Source of the DNA: Squalus acanthias
Taxonomy: Eukaryota
Direction of reading: 5' to 3'
DNA: 64,000 nt
Assembly: GCA_030390025.1 (NCBI GenBank)
Contig: CM059432.1
Coordinates: forward strand, 1,674,001 to 1,738,000
In this document: positions 47,910 to 61,096 of the stretch, one piece after another
Layout: every line of letters begins with the position of its first letter
Position numbering within the stretch: the first letter of the stretch is position 1
Notes under the pieces: model-generated
Told to the model about the DNA's origin: nothing
Databases searched by the model: none
What the model saw: the letters and a program-made list of their open reading frames with translations, nothing else
Position numbers and translations under genes: made by a program

Positions 47910-48677
47910 TATCATAGAATCCTACAGCACAGAAGCAGCCCATTCGGCCCATTGTGCCTGTGCCGGCTCTTTGAACGAGCTCTCCGATTAGTCCCACTCC
48001 CCCTGCTCTTTCCTCATAGCCCTGCAAATTTCTCCCCTTCATGTATTTATCCAATTCCCTTTCAGGCAGCGCATTCCACATCATAACAACTTGTTGCGTA
48101 AAAAACATTCTCCTCATCTCCCCCTCTCATTCTTTGGCCAATTACCTTAATTCTGTGTCCTCTGGTTACTGATTCTCCTGCCACTGGAAACAGTTTCTCC
48201 TTATTTGATTGATTCCTGGGATGAGAGGGTTCTCCTATTATGAGAGTTTGAGTAGAATGGGCCTATACTCTCTGGAGTTTAGAAGAATGAGAGGTGATCT
48301 ATTGAAACATACAAGATTCTGAAGGGGATTGACAGGGTAGATGCTGAGAGGCTGTTTCCCCTGGCTGGGGAGTCTAGAACCAAGGGTCACAGTCTCGGAA
48401 TAAGGGGTCGGCCATTTAAGACTGAGATGAGGAGAATTTCTTCACTCAGATGGTGGTGAATCTTTGGAATTCTCTGCCCCAGAGGGCTGTGGAGGCTCAG
48501 TCGTTGAGTATATTCAAGGCTGAGATCGATAGATTTTTGGACTCTCGGGGAATCAAGAGATATGGAGATCGACGGGAAAGTGGAGCTGAGGTCGATGATC
48601 AGCCATGATCTTATTGAATGGCGGAGCAGGCTCGAGGGGCCGAATGGCCGACTACTGCTCCTAATTCTTATGTTCTT
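47910..48677. mobile_element. Two back-to-back CR1 3' fragments (47910-48205 -, 48205-48677 +)
   Basis: CR1 C-terminal motifs and tails. Confidence 0.85.
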
Positions 48678-48934
48678 ATTTACTCTATCGAACATCTTCA
48701 TGTTTGATCATAAGTGCAGTGTCCAGACGAAGTGGATTTACAAGGCAGCGGTATAATTGCACCAGTGTCACAAAAACAATTCAGTTCCCATTTTGAAGTC
48801 TGCCCTTATTTTTATATAACACTTGAATTGATATTTATAGTCAATTAGCAAAATTACAGCAATTTTGGAAGCAAAAAAGGAGAGTTAGTTGCTGCATTGG
48901 ACTAAAGGGTACAAGCTCAGGAACAGAAGTGTAA

Positions 48935-51900
48935 CTTCACCACAATGACAAGGTGTAACTCCACCAACACTGAGAACAAGGGGAAACTCCACCAACACTG
49001 AGAACAAGGTGTAACTCCACCAACACTGAGAACAAGGTGTAACTCCACCAACACTGAGAACAAGGTGTAACTCCACCAACACTGAGAACAAGGTGAAACT
49101 CCACCAACACTGAGAACAAGGGGAAACTCCACCAACACTGAGAACAAGGTGTAACTCCACCTGCACTGAGAACAAGGTGTAACTCCACCAACACTGAGAA
49201 CAAGGTGTAACTCCACCAACACTGAGAACAAGGTGAAACTCCACCAACACTGAGAACAAGGGGAAACTCCACCAACACTGAGAACAAGGTGTAACTCCAC
49301 CAACACTGAGAACAAGGTGTAACTCCACCCGCACTGAGAACAAGGTGTAACTCCACCGTAACTGAGAACAAGGTGTAACTCCACCCGCACTGAGAACAAG
49401 GTGTAACTCCACCAACACTGAGAACAAGGTGTAACTCCACCAACACTGAGAACAAGGTGAAACTCCACCAACACTGAGAACAAGGTGAAACTCCACCAAC
49501 ACTGAGAACAAGGTGTAACTCCACCAACACTGAGAACAAGGTGTAACTCCACCGTAACTGAGAACAAGGTGTAACTCCACCAACACTGAGAACAAGGTGT
49601 AACTCCACCCGCACTGAGAACAAGGTGTAACTCCACCAACACTGAGAACAAGGTGTAACTCCACCCACAATGACAAGGTGTAACTCCACCAACACTGAGA
49701 ACAAGGTGTAACTCCACCCGCACTGAGAACAAGGTGTAACTCCACCAACACTGAGAACAAAGTGTAACTCCACCAACACTGAGAACAAGGTGTAACTCCA
49801 CCAACACTGAGAACAAGGTGTAACTCCACCAACACTGAGAACAAGGTGTAACTCCACTGTAACTGAGAACAAGGTGTAACTCCACCGTAACTGAGAACAA
49901 GGTGTAACTCCACCAACACTGAGAACAAGGTGTAACTCCACCAACACTGAGAACAAGCTGTAACTCCACCAACACTGAGAACAAGGTGTAACTCCACCAA
50001 CACTGAGAACAAGGTGTAACTCCACCAACACTGAGAACAAGGTGTAACTCCACCAACACTGAGAACAAGGTGTAACTCCACCCACACTGAGAACAAGGTG
50101 TAACTCCACCAACACTGAGAACAAGGTGTAACTCCACCAACACTGAGAACAAGGTGTAACTCCACCCGCACTGAGAACAAGGTGTAACTCCACCAACACT
50201 GAGAACAAAGTGTAACTCCACCAACACTGAGAACAAGGTGTAACTCCACCAACAGTGAGAACAAGGTGTAACTCCACCAACACTGAGAACAAGGAGTAAC
50301 TCCACCCGCACTGAGAACAAGGTGTAACTCCACCGTAACTGAGAACAAGGTGTAACTCCACCGTAACTGAGAACAAGGTGTAACTCCACCAACACTGAGA
50401 ACAAGGTGTAACTCCACCCGCACTGAGAACAAGGTGTAACTCCACCGTAACTGAGAACAAAGTGTAACTCCACCAACACTGAGAACAAGGTGTAACTCCA
50501 CCAACACTGAGAACAAGGTGTAACTCCACCCGCACTGAGAACAAGGTGTAACTCCACCAACACTGAGAACAAGGTGTAACTCCACCAACACTGAGAACAA
50601 GGTGTAACTCCACCAACACTGAGAACAAGGTGTAACTCCACCAACACTGAGAACAAGGTGTAACTCCACCAACACTGAGAACAAGGTGTAACTCCACCAA
50701 CACTGAGAACAAGGTGTAACTCCAGCAACACTGAGAACAAGGTGTAACTCCACCAACACTGAGAACAAGGTGTAACTCCACCGTAACTGAGAACAAGGTG
50801 TAACTCCACCAACACTGAGAACAAGGTGTAACTCCACCGTAACTGAGAACAAGGTGTAACTCCACCAACACTGAGAACAAGGTGTAACTCCACCGTAACT
50901 GAGAACAAGGTGTAACTCCACCAACACTGAGAACAAGGTGTAACTCCACCCGCACTGAGAACAAGGTGTAACTCCACCAACACTGAGAACAAGGTGAAAC
51001 TCCACCAACACTGAGAACAAGGTGTAACTCCACCCACACTGAGAACAAGGTGAAACTCCACCCACACTGAGAACAAGGTGTAACTCCACCCACACTGAGA
51101 ACAAGGTGAAACTCCACCGTAACTGAGGACAAGGTGTAACTCCACCAACACTGAGAACAAGGTGTAACTCCACCCACACTGAGAACAAGGTGAAACTCCA
51201 CCAACACTGAGAACAAGGTGTAACTCCACCCACACTGAGAACAAGGTGAAACTCCACCCACACTGAGAACAAGGTGTAACTCCACCGTAACTGAGAACAA
51301 GGTGTAACTCCACCCACACTGAGAACAAGGTGTAACTCCACCCGCACTGAGAACAAGGTGTAACTCCACCAACACTGAGAACAAGGTGTAACTCCACCCG
51401 CACTGAGAACAAGGTGAAACTCCACCAACACTGAGAACAAGGTGTAACTCCACCAACACTGAGAACAAGGTGTAGCTCCACCCGCACTGAGAACAAGGTG
51501 TAACTCCACCGTAACTGAGAACAAGGTGAAACTCCACCAACACTGAGAACATGGTGTAACTCCACCAACACTGAGAACAAGGTGTAACTCCACCCGCACT
51601 GAGAACAAGGAGTAACTCCACCAACACTGAGAACAAGGTGTAACTCCACCAACACTGAGAACAAGGTGTAACTCCACCCGCACTGAGAACAAGGTGTAAC
51701 TCCACCCGCACTGAGAACAAGGTGTAACTCCACCAACACTGAGAACAAGGTGTAACTCCACCAACAGTGAGAACAAGGTGTAACTCCACCCACACTGAGA
51801 ACAAGGTGTAACTCCACCAACACTGAGAACAAGGTGTAACTCCACCCGCACTGAGAACAAGGTGTAACTCCACCCGCACTGAGAACAAGGTGTAACTCCA

Positions 51901-54900
51901 CCAACACTGAGAACAAGGTGTAACTCCACCAACAGTGAGAACAAGGTGTAACTCCACCCACACTGAGAACAAGGTGTAACTCCACCTGCACTGAGAACAA
52001 GGAGTAACTCCACCAACACTGAGAACAAGGTGTAACTCCACCCGCACTGAGAACAAGGTGTAACTCCACCCGCACTGAGAACAAGGTGTAACTCCACCCG
52101 CACTGAGAACAAGGTGTAACTCCACCAACACTGAGAACAAGGTGTAACTCCACCAACACTGAGAACATGGTGTAACTCCACCAACACTGAGAACAAGGTG
52201 TAACTCCACCAACACTGAGAACAAGGTGTAACTCCACCCGCATTGAGAACAAGGTGTAACTCCACCAACACTGAGAACAAGGAGTAACTCCACCCACACT
52301 GAGAACAAGGTGTAACTCCACCTGCACTGAGGACAAGGAGTAACTCCACCAACACTGAGAACAAGGTGTAACTCCACCCGCACTGAGAACAAGGTGTAAC
52401 TCCACCAACACTGAGAACAAGGAGTAACTCCACCAACACTGAGAACATGGTGTAACTCCACCAACACTGAGAACAAGGTGTAACTCCACCCGCACTGAGA
52501 ACAAGGTGTAACTCCACCCGCACTGAGAACAAGGTGTAACTCCACCAACACTGAGAACAAGGTGTAACTCCACCAACACTGAGAACAAGGTGTAACTCCA
52601 CCAACAGTGAGAACAAGGTGTAACTCCACCAACACTGAGAACAAGGTGTAACTCCACCAACACTGAGGACAAGGTGTAACTCCACCAACACTGAGAACAA
52701 GGTGTAACTCCACCCGCACTGAGAACAAGGTGTAACTCCACCCGAACTGAGAACAAGGTGTAACTCCACCCGCACTGAGAACAAGGTGTAACTCCACCAA
52801 CACTGATAACAAGGTGTAACTCCACCCGCACTGAGAACAAGGTGTAACTCCACCAACACTGAGAACAAGGTGTAACTCCACCAACACTGATAACAAGGTG
52901 TAACTCCACCCGCACTGAGAACAAGGTGTAACTCCACCAACACTGAGAACAAGGTGTAACTCCACCAACACTGATAACAAGGTGAAACTCCACCAACACT
53001 GAGAACAAGGTGTAACTCCACCTGCACTGAGAACAAGGTGTAACTCCACCAACACTGAGAACAAGGTGTAACTCCACCCACACTGAGAACAAGGTGAAAC
53101 TCCACCAACACTGAGAACAAGGTGTAACTCCACCCACACTGAGAACAAGGTGAAACTCCACCAACACTGAGAACAAGGTGTAACTCCACCCACACTGAGA
53201 ACAAGGTGTAACTCCACCCGCACTGAGAACAAGGTGTAACTCCAGCAACACTGAGAACAAGGTGTAACTCCACCAACACTGAGAACAAGGTGTAACTCCA
53301 CCCACACTGAGAACAAGGTGTAACTCCACCAACACTGAGAACAAGGTGTAACTCCACCCACACTGAGAACAAGGTGTAACTCCACCAACACTGAGAACAA
53401 GGTGTAACTCCACCAACACTGAGAACAAGGTGTAACTCCACCCACACTGAGAACAAGGTGTAACTCCACCCGCACTGAGAACAAGGTGTAACTCCAGCAA
53501 CACTGAGAACAAGGTGTAACTCCACCAACACTGAGAACAAGGTGTAACTCCACCCGCACTGAGAACAAGGTGAAACTCCACCAACACTGAGAACAAGGTG
53601 TAACTCCACCAACACTGAGAACAAGGTGTAACTCCACCCGCACTGAGAACAAGGTGTAACTCCACCGTAACTGAGAACAAGGTGAAACTCCACCAACACT
53701 GAGAACATGGTGTAACTCCACCAACACTGAGAACAAGGTGTAACTCCACCCGCACTGAGAACAAGGAGTAACTCCACCAACACTGAGAACAAGGTGTAAC
53801 TCCACCAACACTGAGAACAAGGTGTAACTCCACCCGCACTGAGAACAAGGTGTAACTCCACCCGCACTGAGAACAAGGTGTAACTCCACCAACACTGAGA
53901 ACAAGGTGTAACTCCACCAACAGTGAGAACAAGGTGTAACTCCACCCACACTGAGAACAAGGTGTAACTCCACCAACACTGAGAACAAGGTGTAACTCCA
54001 CCTGCACTGAGAACAAGGAGTAACTCCACCAACACTGAGAACAAGGTGTAACTCCACCCGCACTGAGAACAAGGTGTAACTCCACCCGCACTGAGAACAA
54101 GGTGTAACTCCACCCGCACTGAGAACAAGGTGTAACTCCACCAACACTGAGAACAAGGTGTAACTCCACCAACACTGAGAACATGGTGTAACTCCACCAA
54201 CACTGATAACAAGGTGAAACTCCACCAACACTGAGAACAAGGTGTAACTCCACCCGCATTGAGAACAAGGTGTAACTCCACCAACACTGAGAACAAGGAG
54301 TAACTCCACCCACACTGAGAACAAGGTGTAACTCCACCCGCACTGAGAACAAGGTGTAACTCCACCCGCACTGAGAACAAGGTGTAACTCCACCCGCATT
54401 GAGAACAAGGTGTAACTCCACCAACACTGAGAACAAGGAGTAACTCCACCCACACTGAGAACAAGGTGTAACTCCACCTGCACTGAGGACAAGGAGTAAC
54501 TCCACCAACACTGAGAACAAGGTGTAACTCCACCAACACTGAGAACAAGGTGTAACTCCACCCGCACTGAGAACAAGGTGTAACTCCACCTGCACTGAGG
54601 ACAAGGAGTAACTCCACCAACACTGAGAACAAGGTGTAACTCCACCCGCACTGAGAACAAGGTGTAACTCCACCAACACTGAGAACAAGGTGTAACTCCA
54701 CCCGCACTGAGAACAAGGTGTAACTCCACCCGCACTGAGAACAAGGTGTAACTCCACCAACACTGAGAACAAGGTGTAACTCCACCAACACTGAGAACAA
54801 GGTGTAACTCCACCAACAGTGAGAACAAGGTGTAACTCCACCAACACTGAGAACAAGGTGTAACTCCACCAACACTGAGGACAAGGTGTAACTCCACCAA

Positions 54901-55346
54901 CACTGAGAACAAGGTGTAACTCCACCCGCACTGAGAACAAGGTGTAACTCCACCCGAACTGAGAACAAGGTGTAACTCCACCCGCACTGAGAACAAGGTG
55001 TAACTCCACCAACACTGATAACAAGGTGTAACTCCACCCGCACTGAGAACAAGGTGTAACTCCACCAACACTGAGAACAAGGTGTAACTCCACCAACACT
55101 GATAACAAGGTGTAACTCCACCCGCACTGAGAACAAGGTGTAACTCCACCAACACTGAGAACAAGGTGTAACTCCACCAACACTGATAACAAGGTGAAAC
55201 TCCACCAACACTGAGAACAAGGTGTAACTCCACCGTAACTGAGAACAAGGTGAAACTCCACCAACACTGAGAACAAGGTGAAACTCCACCAACACTGAGA
55301 ACAAGGTGTAACTCCACCAACACTGAGAACAAGGTGTAACTCCACC
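48935..55346. repeat. 28-bp tandem satellite, ~229 units
   Basis: Consensus GTGTAACTCCACCAACACTGAGAACAAG. Confidence 0.99.
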
Positions 55347-55494
55347 TTGCCACGTTTACATCGGCACATTTTATTCTAAAAGCGGACATCGGAATTTATA
55401 ATAGGAAACGTTGACACAATATTGTGATAAAATCTGACAACAGGGGGTAATGTTTTGCAGACTCTTATGAGACTCGGCTGCCCCGTGTCCTGAC

Positions 55495-55945
55495 TCGCAC
55501 CCTGTCCCGTTCACCCATCACCCCCTGTGTTCGCTGACCTACACTGGCTCCCGGTCGGCAACGCCTTGATTTTAAAATTCTCATACTCATGGTCAAATCC
55601 CTCCCTATCTCTCTCATCTCCTCCAGCCCCACAATCCCTCAGATCTCTGTGCTGCTCCAATTCTGGCCTCTTCCACAATCCCCGATTTTCATCGCTCCAC
55701 CATTGGCCACCGTGCCTTCAGCTGCCTGGGCCCTAAGCTCTGGAATTCCCTCCCTAAACCTCTCCGCCTCTCTCTGATCTTTTAAGACGCTCCTTAAAAC
55801 CTCCCTCTTTGACCAAGCTTTTAGTCACCTGTCCTAATATCTCCTTCTGAGGTTCGGTGTCAAATTTTGTTTGATAATCGCTCCTGTGAAGCGCCCTGGA
55901 ACGTTTTACTACGTTAAAGGCGCTGTGTAAATACAAGTTGCTGTT
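55495..55945 (+). mobile_element. L2-type LINE 3' fragment
   Basis: ITPVFADLHWLPV...; tail. Confidence 0.88.
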
Positions 55946-56635
55946 AATGTTTTTACAAGAAGTGTGTGCAGATGTAAGATAGTCAATGCATTATTGCTTA
56001 GTGATTATTTCAATATCACAGTGTGTAGGGGGTGGTGGTTTGTGTCAGCTTCACCTCTGACTTCTGAGCGGTTCGACTCGCTCCCACTCCCTTGGTTCTA
56101 GACCTTGGACTTATTTGGGGGTTGTGATAAAAAGTGCAGCAGACAACTGAGTTTGGTGCAAGAACTTTGATCTTTATTCAAGAAAGTAAAACACAACACA
56201 AACACTCTTAACACTCTAAAGGTGGGGAACACTTTGGTACACGCGAGGGAAATAACGTTAGAAGAATACTTCACCCCTCCCAATCCCACTTCACTAGCTA
56301 GGTTGGACTCTGGAGAACCAGGGATAATGCTCACCAAACGAATCCTTGACAGTTGAGAGTTAGGGATTAGAGTCTTTTGAGTAAAAGGTTTGGTGAGGCC
56401 CTTGTTGCCGCGAGGTGTCCGATGGTCACTGAGGCAGTCGCTCTGGTCTCTTCTTGCGTGTCGGCCTACTTCTGGAGCTGTTGGCCTTCTTTGTTGAACT
56501 TCTTTCATTTGAACTCTGCCTCTGTTTAAACTGTCTTCTTCTGAGCTGTGGAACTGCCTTCTTGCAGAACTGTGGAAACTGCCTTCTGCCTGCTTGTTGA
56601 ACTCTTTGCTGCTGTGTAACTCTACTGGAGAACTC

Positions 56636-57965
56636 ATAGAATCATAGGGGGAAAAATTCAGCTGCTTGCGCCTCCCGTTAGCGCCTTAAGAGGGCGCTAA
56701 TGGGGCGTAAAGCAGCTAACGCCCGGGCGCAGCGCCGCCCACGCCTCCCGAAAAATTCAGCGGGAGGTTAGCGGCGGCGCCAGCCGGTAGCGCCCTGTGG
56801 CGCTGCGCTGCCGGCGATGACGTCATCGCCGTGCGCAGCACCCCGCGCGCGCTCCAGCCGCGATCTTCAGTCGCGCCCCCTGACTTACCGCCAGACGCTA
56901 TGTCCGACGGGTTCAGGGAGGCGTACGTGCGGCCGGGGCGGCGATATTTAAAGGGGAGGTGGCAGGCGGCCATTTTTGTTGCTGGCCGCCTGCCAGCACC
57001 TGCCCCCGTTGCTGTCCCCGGCCCCCGTGAAGCCCCCCCACCGTGAAGTGCCGGCTGCGCTCCAAGAGCCCGGCACTTCTCTTGAGTGCCGGGCTCTTTT
57101 GCCGGCACTCCCGATCCCTGGGGGCCCAGCTGGGCCCCGGTTCGCGCTGCGCAGGGTCCCTCCCCTTTAAGAAGGGGAGGAAGGCCTGCAATACCGCGGC
57201 GCGACGTGCCGCAGCGCATGGCGCTGCGGCACGTAGCGCCAGGATATTCCCTCGCAGCGCCCCAAGAGGGATGCGGGGTGCTTCCAGTGGCGCCCCGCTT
57301 CCCTCTTGGGGCGCAACCACTGAAGTTCCGGCGCGGGGCCGCTAATTTTTTCGGGGCGCTAAAAGTCGCGCCCCGGCGAGGTTAGCGCCCCAAATGGGGC
57401 GCGACTCAATTTTTACCCCATAGAATCATAGAAGATAGGAGCAGGAGTAGGCCATTCGGCCCCTCTAGCCTGCTCCGCCATTCAATGCGATCATGGCTGA
57501 TCATCCAAATTCAGAACCCTGTCCCTGCTTTCTCCCCATATCCCTTGATCCCTTTAGCCTTAAGAAATATATCCAACTCCTTCTTGAATATATTTAATGA
57601 ATTGGCCTCTACTGCCTTCTGCGGCAGAGAATTCCATAGGTTCACCACTCTCTGGGTGAAGAAATTCCTCCTCATCTCAGTCCTAAATGGCTTACCCCTT
57701 ATCCTTAGACTGTGACCCCTGGTTCTGGACTCCCCGACCATCGGGAACATCCTTCCTGCATCTAGTCTGTCTAGTCCTGTCAGAATTTTATAAGTTTCAA
57801 TGAGATTCCCTCTCATTCTTCTAAACTCCAGCGAGTATAAGCCCAATCGACCCAATCTCTCTTCATACGTCATTCCTGCCATCCCAGGTATCAGCCTTGT
57901 GAATCTTCGCTGAACTCCTTCCATGGCAGGAACATCCTTCCTCAGATAAGGCGACCAAAACTGCA
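56636..57965 (-). mobile_element. CR1 3' fragment inside the solo LTR (tail split by MITE 2)
   Basis: QFWSPYLRKD...; AACTC duplicated at 56631-56635 and 57966-57970. Confidence 0.87.
56647..57419. mobile_element. Harbinger MITE 2
   Basis: Ends GGGGGAAAAATTCAG / CAATTTTTACCCC; ATA TSD (56644-56646, 57420-57422); interior diverged from the autonomous copy. Confidence 0.92.
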
Positions 57966-59291
57966 AACTCGAACTTGAACTGTTGTGCTGGAGAACTGGA
58001 GAACTCCCTTCTTACTGAACTGTCTTCTTTAACTGCCCAACTTGCTTCTCCTGGACTCTGTAACTCCAGCACTGACTTCTGCTAAAAACAGGCTTTCAAT
58101 TGAACTCGAAACTGCAGAACTGCCTTCTGTTGAACTTGAACTGTTGTACCTGCTGAACTGACTTCTTGAGAAAGCAGCCTTTCAATTATACTAATTGAAG
58201 CTTCCTTATCAAAACCAAATCAAATCCCGGTCATTGTAAGATTTTTGGAGGCCTCATTAACAGTAATGACTTTACTAGCGTATTAACTGGTTTGTAAATG
58301 TGTGAAGTGGTTTCAGGATAGCTCCATCCTGTCGATCTGTTGTTTAATCGGAGTTTGAATTGTCCTCATGTTTTGGGTTTCTTGACTGGGCCTAGGACTT
58401 CTATAGAGTATCTGTTTTATGCATGTCTTTAATGGGTTCTGTAATCGGTTTGATGGGGCCTGTCTCTGGGTGGGACTGTCTTCTCCCAGGGTCTATTGTT
58501 CAAATGTTAATGTCTGCTGGGCTTGAGTGAGGTCATCCCGGTTCCCCAGACAGTGTAATTAACTGCAATAACCAAAACTGCTTTTACAGAGGTCGAACCC
58601 AACTCCTTGTCCCTTTACAGGCCCAGACATGTTTTTAAAATGCCAAAACATGGGTTTTTTTGTTCTTAAATTCCTTATGTTAGGCCCAAATGTATTTTTA
58701 TCACTCTGAGGTAGTTCCAAAGTCCTTTTTCCTTAGGTTTTGGGGATCTGCAAATTTTGGAAACCTTACAAGTGTTTGAGTTAAAAACTTCAAATTGTTT
58801 GGAGCAGGGAGTTAGTTCATTTGCATGAAGCTGTCAGCAATTTGAAACTTAAAAATATGACGTGGAACATATTGTCTGAAGTCTGCTGAAAGTCATAAAA
58901 CTTTGACCGGCAGAGTACAGAGTAGAAGGACTTTGAAACATTGGGAGCCGAGATTTTTCAACTTGGAATACGCAATGTTGTTTAAGTTCATTGGGTCCAC
59001 CCTTTACTATTTGGCGGAATTGGTTCACTGGCAATAACTTACATGTATTACAGAGAATGACTCAGTATTTACAGAACAGAAACAGGCCATTCGGCCCAAC
59101 TGCTCCGTGCCGGTGTTTCTGCTCCACACGAGCCTCCTCCCACCTACTTCATCTCATCCCATCAACATATCCTTCTATTCCTTTCTCCCTCATGTGTTTT
59201 TCTAGCTTCTCCTTAAATGCATCTCTGCTGTTCACCTCAACTGTTCTATGCTGTTCACCCCTAGTTCTAGACACTCCAGCCAGGGAGTTTC

Positions 59292-59733
59292 AGCTGTGGC
59301 TCAGTGGGCAGCACCCTCACCTCTGAGTCAGAAGGTTGTGGGTTCAAGTCCTACTCCTGAGCACAGAAAGCTAGGCTGACACTCCCAGTGCAGTACTGAG
59401 GGAGTGCTGCACTGTCGGAGGTGCCGTCTTTCGGATGAGATGTTAAACCGAGGCCCCGTCTGCCCTCTCAGGTAGATGTAAAAGATCCTATGGTACTATT
59501 TCGAAGAAGAGCAGGGGAGTTCTCCCCGGTGTCCTGGGCCAATATTTATCCTTCAATCAACATCACTAAAACAGATTATCTGGTCATTATCACATTGCTG
59601 TGTGTGGGAGCTTGCTGTGTGCAAATTGGCTGCCGTGTTTCCCACATTACAACAGTGACTACACTTCAAAAGTACTTCATTGGCTGTAAAGGGCTTTGAG
59701 ACGTCCGGTGGTCATGAAAATCGCTGTAGAAAT
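59292..59733 (+). mobile_element. DeuSINE copy
   Basis: Head, central domain, tail. Confidence 0.9.
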
Positions 59734-60035
59734 GTGGTAGCAAGTTCCACATTCTCACCACTCTCTGGGTAAAGATGTTTCTCCTGAACTCCCTATTGGA
59801 TTTATTAGTGACTATCTTACGTTGATGGCTCCTAGTTTTAGCCTCCCCCACAAGTGGAAACATCTTCTCTACGTCTACCCTATCAAACCCCTTCATAATT
59901 TTAAAGACCTCTATCAGGTCACCCCTTAGTCTTCTCTTTTCAAGAGAAAAGAGCCCCCGCCTGTCAGTCCTTCCTGATAGTTATAGCCTCTCAGTCGTGG
60001 CATCATCCTTGTAAATCTTTTTTGCGCCTTCTCCA
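59733..60035 (-). mobile_element. CR1 fragment (its 3' part probably 59070-59245)
   Basis: RGDLIEVFKI...FTQRVVRMWNLLP. Confidence 0.8.
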
Positions 60036-60294
60036 CTATGTTGAAGCTAAGTTGGAACATGCAGTATGCTGTATGGGTTTGAGTACCTCTTATTGCTAGA
60101 CTAAAGCATTATAGAGTCATAAGAGTCATAACGGCACAGAAGGAGGCCATTCGGCCCATCGAGTCCGTGCCGGTTATGCCTGGTAGTATTTGGGTGGTAA
60201 CAATATAGAACATTGGATATGTGCCCCAATAGTTCCACTTGCAGAAGCCAAGATTTCCCACTTTTAGCAAGATCCCTTACAAGCAAAGAACGTA

Positions 60295-61096
60295 GGGGGA
60301 AAAATTCGTTTGGTTAAGAGGGCGCTAACGGGGCGCAAAGTAACTAGCGCCCGGGTGCGGTGATTTTTGCGCCGCTCGTGAAATTGACCAGACATTTTGC
60401 GGCGGCGCTAACCACTACCACCACGATCTCCTGCGCCCGCAGATCGTGACATCAGTCGAGCGCGCAACGCCCCGGTAGCGCCCCGGACCGGATATTGAAT
60501 GGCGCCTCCTGCCTTTCCGCCTGCCGCTAGCAACGACAGGTTGAGGGGAGCGTTTTGCAGTCGGGAAGGGACTGGGGGAGCGCTATTTAATGGTGAACGC
60601 TTCCTGCCTTTTTTTGTTGGTGACATTTTTGCACCACGCATTCTGAGAGAGAGAGAGAGAGAGACTTCTGGAGAGATTCAACGCTGTGTGAAGGAGTTTT
60701 GGGTACTGAGCAGCACTTTGCAGCTTCATTTTGATTTGCCCTTCCTTGCATCTATTTAGAAGAGACTATGGGGGCTGCACTCTGAGCTCTTTCCCTGGGC
60801 CTCTCCATTGTTCTTTCCAGGAGATTTGATGCACAGGTCTCTCCAGGCCGAGATTCAAGGCTGCAATGAGCAGGGTGTGGCTGGAGAGAAAGATCGACCC
60901 TCCCCTTTAAGAACTGGCCGTTCCTCGGCGTTAGCGCCTTAAGAGAGGTGTGTAGCACCTGATTTAGTGCGCCAATCACCTCCGGGGGTGATAGAAGCCA
61001 AATTTGCAGTCGGGGGCGATAATTTGTGCCAGGCGCTAATCTTAGCGCCCGGCCAATAATTGCGCCCCAAACGGGGCGATACTGAATTTCTCCCCC
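60295..61096. mobile_element. Harbinger MITE 3
   Basis: Ends GGGGGAAAAATTC / GAATTTCTCCCCC; GTA TSD (60292-60294, 61097-61099); retains the start codons of both Harbinger genes. Confidence 0.92.

Larger units (their letters stand above)
56024..58770 (-). mobile_element. Solo LTR (~1.4 kb native) carrying a nested CR1 and MITE
   Basis: Ends TGTAGGG...CCTTACA; AGTG TSD (56020-56023, 58771-58774); minus-strand AATAAA at 56173-56178; internal GAACTG-rich repeats. Confidence 0.75.

Noticed and set aside
48935..55346. CRISPR-like array
   Set aside because: Units are contiguous with no unique spacers, there are no cas genes, and the context is eukaryotic.
48885..55389. Three ~2150-aa ORFs on the minus strand
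   Set aside because: All three frames are open and encode the same permuted 28-aa repeat because the 28-bp unit has no stop triplet; there is no frame preference, so this is a satellite artefact.
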